DNA of 64,000 nucleotides from Lachnospiraceae bacterium (GCA_029053015.1 JAIDHX010000014.1:45848-109847), one strand, 5' to 3'; positions 28,021 to 36,117 are shown, counted from the stretch's first letter. Notes: generated by a model from the sequence alone, not told the origin. Numbers and translations: made by a program.

Positions 28021-28573
28021 GACGAAAAATATCGTTCTGATTGGCATGCCCGGCGTGGGCAAGAGCACAGTCGGCGTTGTTGCGGCAAAAAGAATGGGCT
28101 GCCGTTTTGTGGACGCAGACCTTGTCATTCAGGAAACCTATGGAAAGCTTCTGCATGAGCTGATAGAGGAGCATGGCGTAGACGGCTTTCTGGAGCTTGA
28201 AAACCGTGTAAACGCTTCTTTAAGCGTGGAAAATACGGTGATAGCAACGGGAGGAAGCGTCTGCTACGGCAGGGAGGCGATGGTACATCTTAAGCAGATT
28301 GGCATTGTGGTTTACCTAAAGCTTGGCTGTGAATCCTTGGCAGAGCGCCTTGGCGATTTAAACGAAAGAGGCGTTGTGTTAAAAGCAGGACAGACGCTTG
28401 AAACGCTGTATCTTGAGAGGGTTCCGCTCTACGAGAAATATGCAGATGTTACCGTGGACTGCGAGGGAAAAAGCCTCAGAGAGACTGCGGAAGAAGTCTG
28501 CCGGTGTGTGCGCCTGTTTTGTGAAACAGACAGAAAAAGCGAATCAAAGGTCCACAGCCTGCCATCAGAATAA
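27980..28573 (+). CDS. aroK: Shikimate kinase
   Basis: Walker A IVLIGMPGVGKSTVG and an ATGGS motif. The exact start is uncertain: a TTG inside the ridA overlap is possible. Confidence 0.85.
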   Translation: MYFVRWRSLPALHKTKNIVLIGMPGVGKSTVGVVAAKRMGCRFVDADLVIQETYGKLLHELIEEHGVDGFLELENRVNASLSVENTVIATGGSVCYGREAMVHLKQIGIVVYLKLGCESLAERLGDLNERGVVLKAGQTLETLYLERVPLYEKYADVTVDCEGKSLRETAEEVCRCVRLFCETDRKSESKVHSLPSE

Positions 28574-28635
28574 AAACCGAAAAAAAGTATACAATAATCC
28601 ATGATTCTAAATAACCTGTAAGGAGGAGTTAGATC

Positions 28636-28992
28636 ATGGATTATTTTAATGCATTCTGGGTGGGTGGGCTTATCTGCGCACTGGTTCAGATTTTAATGGA
28701 AAAAACGAAGATGCTGCCGGGACGAATCATGGTGCTTTTGGTGTGTCTGGGCGCCGTTATCAGCGTATTCGGCTGGTATGATCCTTTTGTGGAATTTGCG
28801 GGGGCGGGCGCGTCGGTTCCGCTGCTCGGTTTTGGAAATGTGCTGATGAAAGGCGTGAAGGAAGGATTGGAGCAGGCGGGTGTGCTGGGACTGTTTCAGG
28901 GCGGGTTCAAGGCAGGCGCGGTAGGCTGCAGCGCGGCGCTGATATTTGGTCTTCTGGCAGCTTTTGTATTTAATCCCAAAATGAAAAAATAA
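28636..28992 (+). CDS. spoVAE: Stage V sporulation protein AE (SpoVAEB-type)
   Basis: 118 aa, GAGASVPLLGFGNVLMKG. Paralogous to SpoVAC. RBS AGGAGG. Confidence 0.85.
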   Translation: MDYFNAFWVGGLICALVQILMEKTKMLPGRIMVLLVCLGAVISVFGWYDPFVEFAGAGASVPLLGFGNVLMKGVKEGLEQAGVLGLFQGGFKAGAVGCSAALIFGLLAAFVFNPKMKK

Positions 28993-29013
28993 AAAGGCGA
29001 AGAAAAACGAAAA

Positions 29014-29047
29014 TTTATGAAGAGAATATTAATCTTTTTTTAAGATG
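29014..29047 (+). repeat. Left attachment-site core (34 bp)
   Basis: Identical to 39500..39533. Confidence 0.85.
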
Positions 29048-29091
29048 TAGGTTTCATGAAATCCAGTAAATACGGCATTTTTGTAGAAAGA

Positions 29092-29118
29092 GTGTTACTA
29101 GTAATGTCACTAGTAGAA
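29092..29118 (+). promoter_or_regulatory. Candidate integrase arm-type binding sites (left arm)
   Basis: Tandem GTTACTAGTAA / GTCACTAGTAG, repeated as GTCACTAGTAG x2 at 39383-39409. Confidence 0.5.
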
Positions 29119-29146
29119 AACAGGGGATAAACGTGTTGACGTGTGT

Positions 29147-30322
29147 TTATACCCCTGTTTTTATGGCTTCGACTGCTGCCCTGAGCTGTTCTAAATCCTT
29201 GTGTGTGTATACGGTTTCGTTGATGTCCTGCCCCTTGTGCCCCATGAGTTTATACCGGACTGTACGCTCAACGCCGGCACGGTCAAGCAGCACGTTGAAG
29301 GTGTGGCGGCAGTCGTGTGGCGTATGTTCTGTCAGAATACCGCAGGAGCGCAGGGCATCGTTGAAAAATTCCCTATACCGTGCTTCCGTTATGCTGTCTG
29401 TGTCGGTGTGGTAAATAAGGCTGTCAAAGCGTCGGTCATGCCTGCAGCATACCATGTCATATATGGCTGAATGGATCGGAACGGTTCTGTTACGGCTGTA
29501 GCGGTTCTTTAGCCCGCCCGTGAAGGTGCGTGCCTCAAGGTTGATGTCATTAAGCGGCATGCATGCAAGCTCGTTAATCCGGAAGCCCGAGTAGCAGTAT
29601 ATCAGGATAGTGTCCACAAAGGGAATTTTTCTGTGAGCCCAGAGCGCCTGCAGTTCATCAGGCGTAAAAGGAACGCCGTGCACGTCATCATCAGCCTTGC
29701 TTATCGTCACGTACTGCGAATAGTCTTTCGGTACAAGCTCGAACTGTATTGCATATTTGTACATCTGCCGGAAAAGGTTCCGCATGTGCTCAAGTGTGGC
29801 ATGTGAAAGCTCCTGCAGGTCAAGCAGCGCCTGCAGGTCAACCGCGCGTATGTCCCACATGGGCATATTGTGGAGGGCGGCGCATTTCTTATATGCTGCC
29901 ATGGCACAGTATTGGGCGCTGGTCTTTTTGCCTGCTGCCGTGAATGGTTCCCTGTACTTCCAGAGGTACCATGAAGCGAATACTTCGCTGAACAGCTTCT
30001 TTCTGTCCTGTGGGTTGTATGGCGCCTTGTTGTATTCTGCAAGGGCAATTTCCGCGCTTACCCTGTCCGGATAGCAGGCAAGCACATCATAGACGGGGTA
30101 GCCGTCCTCATTGATACGGGTATTGACGCGTACCTGATACGGGTTCTTCCGCTTCCCGGACAGCTTCACCACCGTGCCGGATCCGTTGGGACGCCGCTTT
30201 TTTGCTTTCCTGCTTATAATAGGCCTGTCGGCAGCAGGCGACAGGGGAAAGCCGCAGTGCGGGCAGAGGTAAGCCCTGCTGCTTATGCTGCCGGAGCACT
30301 CAGGGCATTGTGTCAGTGGCAT
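29147..30322 (-). CDS. int: Tyrosine-type site-specific integrase with an N-terminal zinc ribbon
   Basis: CPECSG...CPHCG at the N-terminus. C-terminal catalytic motifs HDCRHTF, LMGHKG and YTH. Adjacent to the left att core. Confidence 0.9.
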   Translation of the reverse strand: MPLTQCPECSGSISSRAYLCPHCGFPLSPAADRPIISRKAKKRRPNGSGTVVKLSGKRKNPYQVRVNTRINEDGYPVYDVLACYPDRVSAEIALAEYNKAPYNPQDRKKLFSEVFASWYLWKYREPFTAAGKKTSAQYCAMAAYKKCAALHNMPMWDIRAVDLQALLDLQELSHATLEHMRNLFRQMYKYAIQFELVPKDYSQYVTISKADDDVHGVPFTPDELQALWAHRKIPFVDTILIYCYSGFRINELACMPLNDINLEARTFTGGLKNRYSRNRTVPIHSAIYDMVCCRHDRRFDSLIYHTDTDSITEARYREFFNDALRSCGILTEHTPHDCRHTFNVLLDRAGVERTVRYKLMGHKGQDINETVYTHKDLEQLRAAVEAIKTGV

Positions 30323-30518
30323 GTTATCACGCTCCTATCTGCAAAAGGGTATAAAAAATACACCTGTACAAAACAGGTGCAGGAATGGTATAATATGTCT
30401 GTGAGGTGGCATATATACCGGCTGCAAGTGCCTGTATAGTCCTATCAGTGCGGTTCCTGTTGGCGCGGGAACCGCATTATTTATTGACTTTTGAACGTCA
30501 TATTGCTATAATATGCTT

Positions 30519-30616
30519 GACAAGAGAGCCAAAAGCTAGAATACACCTAGCCGCCGGCAGAGTATAGCTTAAAAAATAAGCGCCTTACCTTGCCAGGGCG
30601 GGGGCGCTTATTTTTT
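30519..30616 (+). ncRNA. Candidate antitoxin sRNA of type I TA module 1
   Basis: Consensus promoter TTGACT(30484)-N17-TATAAT(30507). Terminator AATAAGCGCC...GGCGCTTATT plus a T-run. It is convergent with the toxin ORF and overlaps its 3' end. Confidence 0.45.
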
Positions 30617-30697
30617 GCGTTTCTTTAGAGTTAAAACAAGAGTTATAACCGCGCAAAGCATAATTACAAAAGTGAATAAATCGCTGTATGTAACCAT
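30608..30697 (-). CDS. Type I toxin-like 29-aa hydrophobic peptide (holin-like toxin type)
   Basis: MVTYSDLFTFVIMLCAVITLVLTLKKRKK. It has an RBS (GGGAG N9 ATG), a TATAAT about 70 nt upstream on the minus strand, and shares a bidirectional terminator with the antisense RNA. Confidence 0.6.
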   Translation of the reverse strand: MVTYSDLFTFVIMLCAVITLVLTLKKRKK

Positions 30698-30827
30698 CGG
30701 CACCAGCTCCCTTCCTTAAACGTCCGGCTGCTGGCATATCGCCCCTTCGGCTCCCCTGGTAAGCATATTATATTGTCATGGTGCGGTTCTGTTTGACATT
30801 CTAGGGTACATGACCTATAATATACTT

Positions 30828-30924
30828 AACAAGGGAGCCGGAAGCTGGATCAGTCCCAGCCACCCCGGTAAGTAAGTACTACAAAATAGCGCCTACCGTG
30901 CCAGGGAGAGGGCGCTATTTTTTA
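30828..30924 (+). ncRNA. Candidate antitoxin sRNA of type I TA module 2
   Basis: TTGACA(30793)-N17-TATAAT(30816). Terminator AAATAGCGCC...GGCGCTATTT plus a T-run. It overlaps the 3' end of toxin 2. Confidence 0.45.
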
Positions 30925-31001
30925 TGCTTATCATTTCTGACAAGGGTTATAACAGCACAAAGCATGATGATAAATGTAAAAAGGTCTACCCATGTTATCA
31001 T
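30915..31001 (-). CDS. Type I toxin-like 28-aa hydrophobic peptide, paralog of 30608..30697
   Basis: MITWVDLFTFIIMLCAVITLVRNDKHKK. RBS AAAGGAG N9 ATG. The upstream block GGTAAGTATATTATATTGTCATGGTGC is the same as in module 1. Confidence 0.6.
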   Translation of the reverse strand: MITWVDLFTFIIMLCAVITLVRNDKHKK

Positions 31002-31086
31002 CGGCACCAGCTCCTTTCTATGTAGTAGGTGGCTGGAATGTGTCGCCCCTCCGGCTCCTTGGTAAGTATATTATATTGTCATGGTG

Positions 31087-31497
31087 CTACTTTTCAGTGT
31101 AACGCTTGATTTCTGTAAGTTCTTCTACTCGCTTTATTGCTTCTTTTTGTCCCGAATCATTTAACATATTGTACGCGTTCTTCAGCTTGTTGAATCGCGA
31201 TTCGTGAATAATATCGTCTTTTATTATCGGCGATAATTCAGAAGTTTCATAATCGGTTTTGTTGTAATAGTCGTTTTCATAAGCTAGTACGGCTTCTTGC
31301 TTAGATATGCCTAAAAGTTCCCATGTGGGTACTTCTAGTGCATTAGCTATTCTCTTAATTGTCTCTAGTTTTGGGTTAGCTTTTCCTAATTCATAACGTC
31401 TTATAGCAGAATCAGCAAAACCGCATTTTTCGCCAAGTTCCTTTTGTGTCATGCCTTTTTTAGAACGTAGTTCTTTTATTTTTTCGCCAACTGTCAT
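31087..31497 (-). CDS. cI-like XRE family repressor
   Basis: MTVGEKIKELRSKKGMTQKELGEKCGFADSAIRRYELGKANP, an HTH plus a C-terminal domain. RBS GGAGG before the ATG at 31497. It is divergent from the cro-like gene. Confidence 0.85.
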   Translation of the reverse strand: MTVGEKIKELRSKKGMTQKELGEKCGFADSAIRRYELGKANPKLETIKRIANALEVPTWELLGISKQEAVLAYENDYYNKTDYETSELSPIIKDDIIHESRFNKLKNAYNMLNDSGQKEAIKRVEELTEIKRYTEK

Positions 31498-31547
31498 TAT
31501 GCAAAACCTCCGTAGAAATAGCATAGCATAATTACACAAAAATATAA

Positions 31548-31627
31548 AGAACAAAAATGTACTAAATCAGTATTGACAAGAACAAAAATGTACTGTATGA
31601 TAAGTATATCAGAACAAGTTTGTTCTG
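31548..31627. promoter_or_regulatory. Genetic-switch region with three operator-like sites and a rightward promoter
   Basis: AGAACAAAAATGTACT occurs at 31548-31563 and 31579-31594. The palindrome CAGAACAAGTTTGTTCTG lies at 31610-31627. The promoter TTGACA(31573)-N17-TATGAT(31596) overlaps the second site. Confidence 0.55.
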
Positions 31628-31659
31628 TCAAATACTTTTTTGGAAAGAGAGGTAAACAG

Positions 31660-31872
31660 ATGGCTACAGTGATGACAAACCTTAAAATTAGTCAAGACAA
31701 GGTGCAGCTTGCAATGGCAAGAAAATCAATGAACCCTTATGACCTTTGTAGTGCCGCGGGTATCAGCTACGCAGCTTATCGCCGTATTATGAAGCATGGC
31801 GGCTGTAAAATAGCTACTTTAGGGAAGATAGCAGAAGCCTTGGGCGTAGACGTGACGGAAATCATTGAGTAG
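31660..31872 (+). CDS. Cro-like XRE HTH protein
   Basis: 70 aa (MATVMTNLKISQDKVQLAMARKSMNPYDLCSAAGISYAAYRRIM...). It is the first gene of the rightward operon. Confidence 0.7.
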   Translation: MATVMTNLKISQDKVQLAMARKSMNPYDLCSAAGISYAAYRRIMKHGGCKIATLGKIAEALGVDVTEIIE

Positions 31873-31945
31873 TGAGGTGTCGCACAGAAAGGATCGGCCG
31901 GCAGCAGTACATAGCGGCGCAGGCGGAAGGGAAAGGAGAAATCGC

Positions 31946-32173
31946 CTTACGGGAAGCACCACCTTCCCACGGGCGGCTACCGGAAACACAACAAAAAGGA
32001 AAAGCCCGACGGAAGCACCACATTCCATCGGACTGCTGCCGGAGTCGGCAGAACGGGGACGCCCTGCAGGAAACACCACATTCCGCAGGGCAGAGCCGGA
32101 ACAAAAGAAAAAGCCCCGCAGGAAGCACCACCTTCCCACGGGGCGGCTGCCGGAAACCGGCAACACAGCATAC
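31946..32173 (+). repeat. Four tandem 52-59 bp repeats with the core GGAAGCACCAC(C/A)TTCC
   Basis: The cores lie at 31952, 32011, 32069 and 32121. Each core is a short hairpin (GGAAG-N6-CTTCC). A fifth related unit lies at 36000-36015, inside the 3' end of the DnaC-like gene. Confidence 0.7.
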
Positions 32174-32280
32174 ACACGCACCTATATGCAGCCCACCCGG
32201 AAGGGAAAGGAGATATAGGCACTTTACGCATTTACATGATAGCACAGGAAATCAAAAAAGGAAAGGAGAATTTAAAAAAA

Positions 32281-32762
32281 TGCGACTGAATGTTGATAAT
32301 TACCTGTCTCTTTTGGAAGAAAAACAGCTTTCAGGGGAGCAGGTGAGAAGAGCGGCGGGCTTATCAAAAAGTACCTATGCATGGATTCTTGAAAGGGGGA
32401 GCATTGAGTGTGAGACTCTGGAGCGGATAGCAGACGCGGCAGGCTGCAGCGTGCAGGACATTTTAAGCCCTGATTATGAAGGGTATGCCGAAAATGTAAT
32501 AGAGTTCGTAAGGGACGGGAAAACCGCCACGCTGAGCCTGTCACAGCGGCGATACATAACGAGGGTGAAACAGCTTGCGGAAAGGTATCCGGAAGAATGT
32601 AAGATACTGGCGGAAAATGAGGACGGCAGTTTATACGCACATATACCGGTTGAATGGATTCGGATTAATCCCAATATGGAATTATCAGAGGAGCAGAGAG
32701 AGGTATTGCGGGAAAGAATGCAGAAGTTGAATTCTGGGCGTGTTGCTGTGGTACAAGTTTAA
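32281..32762 (+). CDS. XRE-type HTH domain protein
   Basis: MRLNVDNYLSLLEEKQLSGEQVRRAAGLSKSTYAWILERG. RBS GGAAAGGAGA before the ATG at 32281. The upstream part of the ORF-track frame is repeat DNA. Confidence 0.7.
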
Positions 32763-32910
32763 TATTAAATATTTTCTACGACGGAACGCGTCGGCGTGAT
32801 AAGCCCCAAATCCGCACGAAAATGCAACCTAGGTATAAATTACCGCCTAAAGGATTTTAAACAGGATTTGACACTTGAAACAAGCGTGTACAAAGAAAGG
32901 GGGTGTTTTT

Positions 32911-33138
32911 ATGGTATGTGCCATGGTGGACAAGATAATTGCCGCAATGACGGCTTCCTGCATGAGTCCGAAGGAGATAGCGGACAGCGCAGGCGTCAGC
33001 ATTAACGTTGTGTACCGGATCCGGCGCGGCTATCTGGTAAAGATGGACAGGTTCGGGAAGGTATGCAGGGCGCTGGGAATCAATGCAGAGGAGTACATAG
33101 ACTACGGGCGGCTGAAAAAGCAGAAAGGAGGCGGATAG
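32911..33138 (+). CDS. Small HTH protein
   Basis: 75 aa (MSPKEIADSAGVSINVVYRIRRG). RBS AAGGGGG before the ATG at 32911. Confidence 0.55.
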   Translation: MVCAMVDKIIAAMTASCMSPKEIADSAGVSINVVYRIRRGYLVKMDRFGKVCRALGINAEEYIDYGRLKKQKGGG

Positions 33139-33140
33139 GA

Positions 33141-33911
33141 ATGCCGAAGGAGGAATTTAAGAACGTATGGCAGAAGCTGCTTTACGTGCAGAAGAACCTG
33201 AAAGCCCCAAAGGGGCAGTATAACCGCTTCGGTGAATACCATTACCGGAGCTGTGAGGACATACAGGAGGCACTCAAGCCGCTTCTTGGTGATGTGGGGG
33301 CTGTGCTCCTGCTGAATGATGAAATTGTGCAGCAGGGGGACAGGTACTACATAAAGGCTGCTGCCATGTTCCTTGACGTGGAGAGCGGGGAAAGCGTGAG
33401 CAACACGGCATACGCAAGGGAGTGCGACAGCCGCCCGAAGATGGACACGGCGCAGATAACGGGCTCCTGCAGCAGCTACGCCCGAAAGTATGCCCTTAAC
33501 GGCCTGTTCTGCATTGACGATTCACGGGACCCCGACACTATGGACAATAGCGGGACAGGGCAGCAGGAGAGGAAGGAACTTCCCCGGGAGAAGAAAGCAC
33601 CGCGGCAGCAGGTACCAAAGGAACCGCAGCAGGGCGTCCAGCGGCAGCAGGCGGCAGGAAGGAAGCCGCAGACAGTAAGCGATGAACATCTGCTTATGCT
33701 GGAGGACGAGGCAAGGCGCACGGGTACGGAGCTAACGAAAGTATGCAGCCGCTACGGAGTAAGCAGCATATCAGAGCTGACAGAGGAGCAGTACAGGCGC
33801 GCAATGTCCGCTTTCAGCAAGATGGACAGCCTGCCGCCTCCGGCACAGGACGAACAGCTTGAGCTGTTCAGTGGCATAGAAGGATATGAGGGAAGCCTCC
33901 CGTTTGAGTAG
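33141..33911 (+). CDS. ERF family single-strand annealing protein
   Basis: VWQKLLYVQKNLKAPKGQYNRFGEYHYRSCEDIQEALKPLL...SYARKYALNGLFCIDD are typical ERF motifs. Confidence 0.8.
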   Translation: MPKEEFKNVWQKLLYVQKNLKAPKGQYNRFGEYHYRSCEDIQEALKPLLGDVGAVLLLNDEIVQQGDRYYIKAAAMFLDVESGESVSNTAYARECDSRPKMDTAQITGSCSSYARKYALNGLFCIDDSRDPDTMDNSGTGQQERKELPREKKAPRQQVPKEPQQGVQRQQAAGRKPQTVSDEHLLMLEDEARRTGTELTKVCSRYGVSSISELTEEQYRRAMSAFSKMDSLPPPAQDEQLELFSGIEGYEGSLPFE

Positions 33912-33930
33912 GGAGGGGAAAGGAAGGAAA

Positions 33931-34242
33931 ATGGCAAACCGAAGAATGTTCAGCCTTGACGTGGTGAACACCGATAAATTCATGGACATGCCCATATCAG
34001 CGCAGTGCCTGTATTTCCACATGGGAATGAGGGCGGATAACAAAGGATACCTGCCGGCAGCAGGGAAGGCGCTTGAGAAAGTGCCCTACAGAAAAGATGA
34101 TCTGCGGCTGCTTATAGCTGAAGGATACGTGACACTGCATGAGGACGGGCGGTACCAGGTGGAACAAAACGAAAGGATTGTAAGAATGAATGAAAGGAAA
34201 AGGAGGCTTTGGAATTGTGTATCAGGAAGTAATGAGAAATAA
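33931..34242 (+). CDS. Phage replication-initiator / replisome-organizer N-terminal-domain protein
   Basis: MANRRMFSLDVVNTDKFMDMPISAQCLYFHMGMRAD is the characteristic N-terminus of Firmicute phage replication proteins. Confidence 0.55.
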   Translation: MANRRMFSLDVVNTDKFMDMPISAQCLYFHMGMRADNKGYLPAAGKALEKVPYRKDDLRLLIAEGYVTLHEDGRYQVEQNERIVRMNERKRRLWNCVSGSNEK

Positions 34243-35080
34243 AAATCTTTCGCCGGAGGCAAAGGCGATTTATGCATATCTTTCCAGTATTGCGGGTATT
34301 GGTAACGTATGTTATCCCTCAATTGAAACAATGAAAAAAGATTTGTGCATGAGTGAAAATAGGCTGAATAAGTATATTAAACAGCTTCTTGCATTGGGGA
34401 TTGTCGAAAAGACCAGAACCAGGAACGGAAACCTTTTGGGCTACAATGTTTATAAAATCACCCATGAAGCAGAGATAGCGGAGGATATGCGCCGTATTTT
34501 TGAAAACATAGAAAACGATAGTTTTCGAGACGTCGAAAATATACAAAATGATAGTTTTCGAGGCGATGAAAATAGACCCCTCGAGAACATGGGTATAAAT
34601 AATAACAATATAAATAATAACACTTTAAATAATAATAATAAAATAAATAATATTATAAGCACGGAGCTACAAGAAAAAGCACAAAACGGCGAAAACCGTG
34701 CTATCGAAAATGAAGGTGTCGAAGTACCACCAGAGCCCAAAAGCGGAATCCTGCTGCCGCTGAATGACAAAAGCCTTTACGATGTGCCGGAGGGCAAAAT
34801 AAGCATGTGGGCGGAAACCTATCCCGCTGTTGATGTAAAACAGGAACTCCGTAAAATGGCGGCATGGCTTGACAGCAACCCAACGAAGCGGAAAACGCGC
34901 AGGGGGATTGAGCGCTTTATCAATAACTGGCTTTCACGGCAGCAGGACAGGGGCGGCAGCAACACAGGCGGCACATACAGGGACAGGCAGCAGGGCAGGG
35001 AACCGGCCGCAGGGCTTCCACAGGAGATGTATGCAGGGCTTGGGAAGCGTCAGCCTTCGCCTGATGACCCATTCCAGTAA
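34190..35080 (+). CDS. HTH domain replication-associated protein (DnaD-like C-terminus) with an Asn-rich linker
   Basis: LSPEAKAIYAYLSSIAG...CYPSIETMKKDLCMSENRLNKYIKQLLALGIV. Low-complexity tract NNNNINNNTLNNNNKINN. The C-terminal KQELRKMAAWLDSNP...FINNWL follows. Confidence 0.6.
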   Translation: MKGKGGFGIVYQEVMRNKNLSPEAKAIYAYLSSIAGIGNVCYPSIETMKKDLCMSENRLNKYIKQLLALGIVEKTRTRNGNLLGYNVYKITHEAEIAEDMRRIFENIENDSFRDVENIQNDSFRGDENRPLENMGINNNNINNNTLNNNNKINNIISTELQEKAQNGENRAIENEGVEVPPEPKSGILLPLNDKSLYDVPEGKISMWAETYPAVDVKQELRKMAAWLDSNPTKRKTRRGIERFINNWLSRQQDRGGSNTGGTYRDRQQGREPAAGLPQEMYAGLGKRQPSPDDPFQ

Positions 35081-35085
35081 AGGGG

Positions 35086-36117
35086 GTGTATGACATGTGC
35101 AGGGACAACAAAGGCAGAGACACACCAGGCAGGGAAAGGCTTGCCATGTTCAGGGTATGGAAGCCGGAAGGGCTGGAGTTCTTCGCGGCACAGATGACAC
35201 CGGAGCAGAGGAGCGAGCGGCGCATGTATATGAGAAAAGCACTGCTGCCGTACCCGCGCTATGAAAACCTGTCCAATGATGAGCTGGACAGCATACGGCT
35301 GCAGGTACTTGACAACGGTATCCTGCTTGAACAGGCAGACGGCAAAGAAATATTCTTGAAGAATCCGGACGTGACAGAACGTGAAAGGCAGTTCCGCCGC
35401 ATGCGCGCGATGATGCCCTTTGAGTTCATGGAAACCACCGCGGCGGATTTCAGGTGGGACAAGTACCGCGGGGACATTGCCGGGGCAAAGGACCTTATCA
35501 ACCGGTATATTGTCAAATACCCACAGTTTAAGGCGCGGGGCATGGGGCTGTATATCTACTCGGCGGCGAAGGGAAGCGGAAAAACAATGCTGGCCTGCTG
35601 TCTGCTGAATGAAATAGCAAAGAGGCACGCCGGAAGCGTGAAATTCGTCAATGTCCTTGACTTCCTTGAAATGACGAAAAAGGGATTTAAGGGCGATGAA
35701 GCGGACATACAGGCAGTGCGGCAGGCGGGGATTCTTGTGCTGGACGATATAGGCGTACAGCTTGACAGGGAATGGATAAACACCGTGCTTTACCAGCTTG
35801 TAAACGAGCGGTACATCAACGGCCTGCCCACCATCTACACAAGCAACGCACCGCCGGAGGAGCTTAGGCTTGATGACCGCATAACGGACAGGATAGAAAG
35901 CACGACATACGCGGTAAGGCTTCCTGATGAGCCCATACGGAGGAAAGAGAGGCAGCAGGAGAAACGGCGGATTCTGGAGGAAATAGAAAACGCACCGCAG
36001 GAGGCACCACATTCCGGCGGGGCAGAGACAGGCAGGCGGCAGCAGGAGGCAGCAGCGCAGGCGGAAGGGAAAGGAGATTTACAAGATGGAGAATATAACA
36101 ACCAAGAAGGAGCCTGA
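35086..36117 (+). CDS. DnaC/IstB-like AAA+ helicase-loader ATPase
   Basis: Walker A GSGKTMLA and Walker B ILVLDDIG, followed by TIYTSN. Confidence 0.85.
   Translation: MYDMCRDNKGRDTPGRERLAMFRVWKPEGLEFFAAQMTPEQRSERRMYMRKALLPYPRYENLSNDELDSIRLQVLDNGILLEQADGKEIFLKNPDVTERERQFRRMRAMMPFEFMETTAADFRWDKYRGDIAGAKDLINRYIVKYPQFKARGMGLYIYSAAKGSGKTMLACCLLNEIAKRHAGSVKFVNVLDFLEMTKKGFKGDEADIQAVRQAGILVLDDIGVQLDREWINTVLYQLVNERYINGLPTIYTSNAPPEELRLDDRITDRIESTTYAVRLPDEPIRRKERQQEKRRILEEIENAPQEAPHSGGAETGRRQQEAAAQAEGKGDLQDGEYNNQEGA

Noticed and set aside
28574-28635. A sigma-G/F promoter upstream of spoVAE.
   Set aside because: Only a partial -10 (CATGATT) is present, with no GHATR box at the right spacing. The match is not good enough to call.
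28993-29060. A tRNA or tmRNA gene as the integration target.
   Set aside because: No cloverleaf-compatible sequence lies around either att core. The core is AT-rich intergenic DNA upstream of the LtaS-like gene.
31946-32173. Possible CRISPR array, given the regularly spaced ~16-bp conserved cores.
   Set aside because: The intervening 36-43 bp are themselves related between units, so this is a tandem repeat and not repeat-spacer. There are only four units and no cas genes. The array sits inside a mobile element next to replication genes.
31865-32280. Long ORFs 31865..32218 and the 5' part of 31872..32762 as protein-coding.
   Set aside because: They run through the tandem repeats with low-complexity R/K/P/G-rich translation and no RBS. 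A proper RBS plus ATG at 32281 starts the recognisable HTH domain.
33931-35080. 33931..34242 and 34190..35080 as one frameshifted replication gene (pseudogene).
   Set aside because: Both have their own start signals, and each begins with a distinct recognisable N-terminal domain. The overlap is typical of phage operons. I cannot exclude a fusion in relatives without alignment.
35050-36012. 320-aa minus-strand ORF. Other long antisense ORFs are 3643..4374, 4483..5205, 38389..39072, 40344..41141, 61099..61818 and 53774..54358.
   Set aside because: Each lies fully antisense to a gene with clear family motifs. They have biased, Arg/His/Cys/Pro-rich composition and lack an RBS, as is typical of shadow ORFs.
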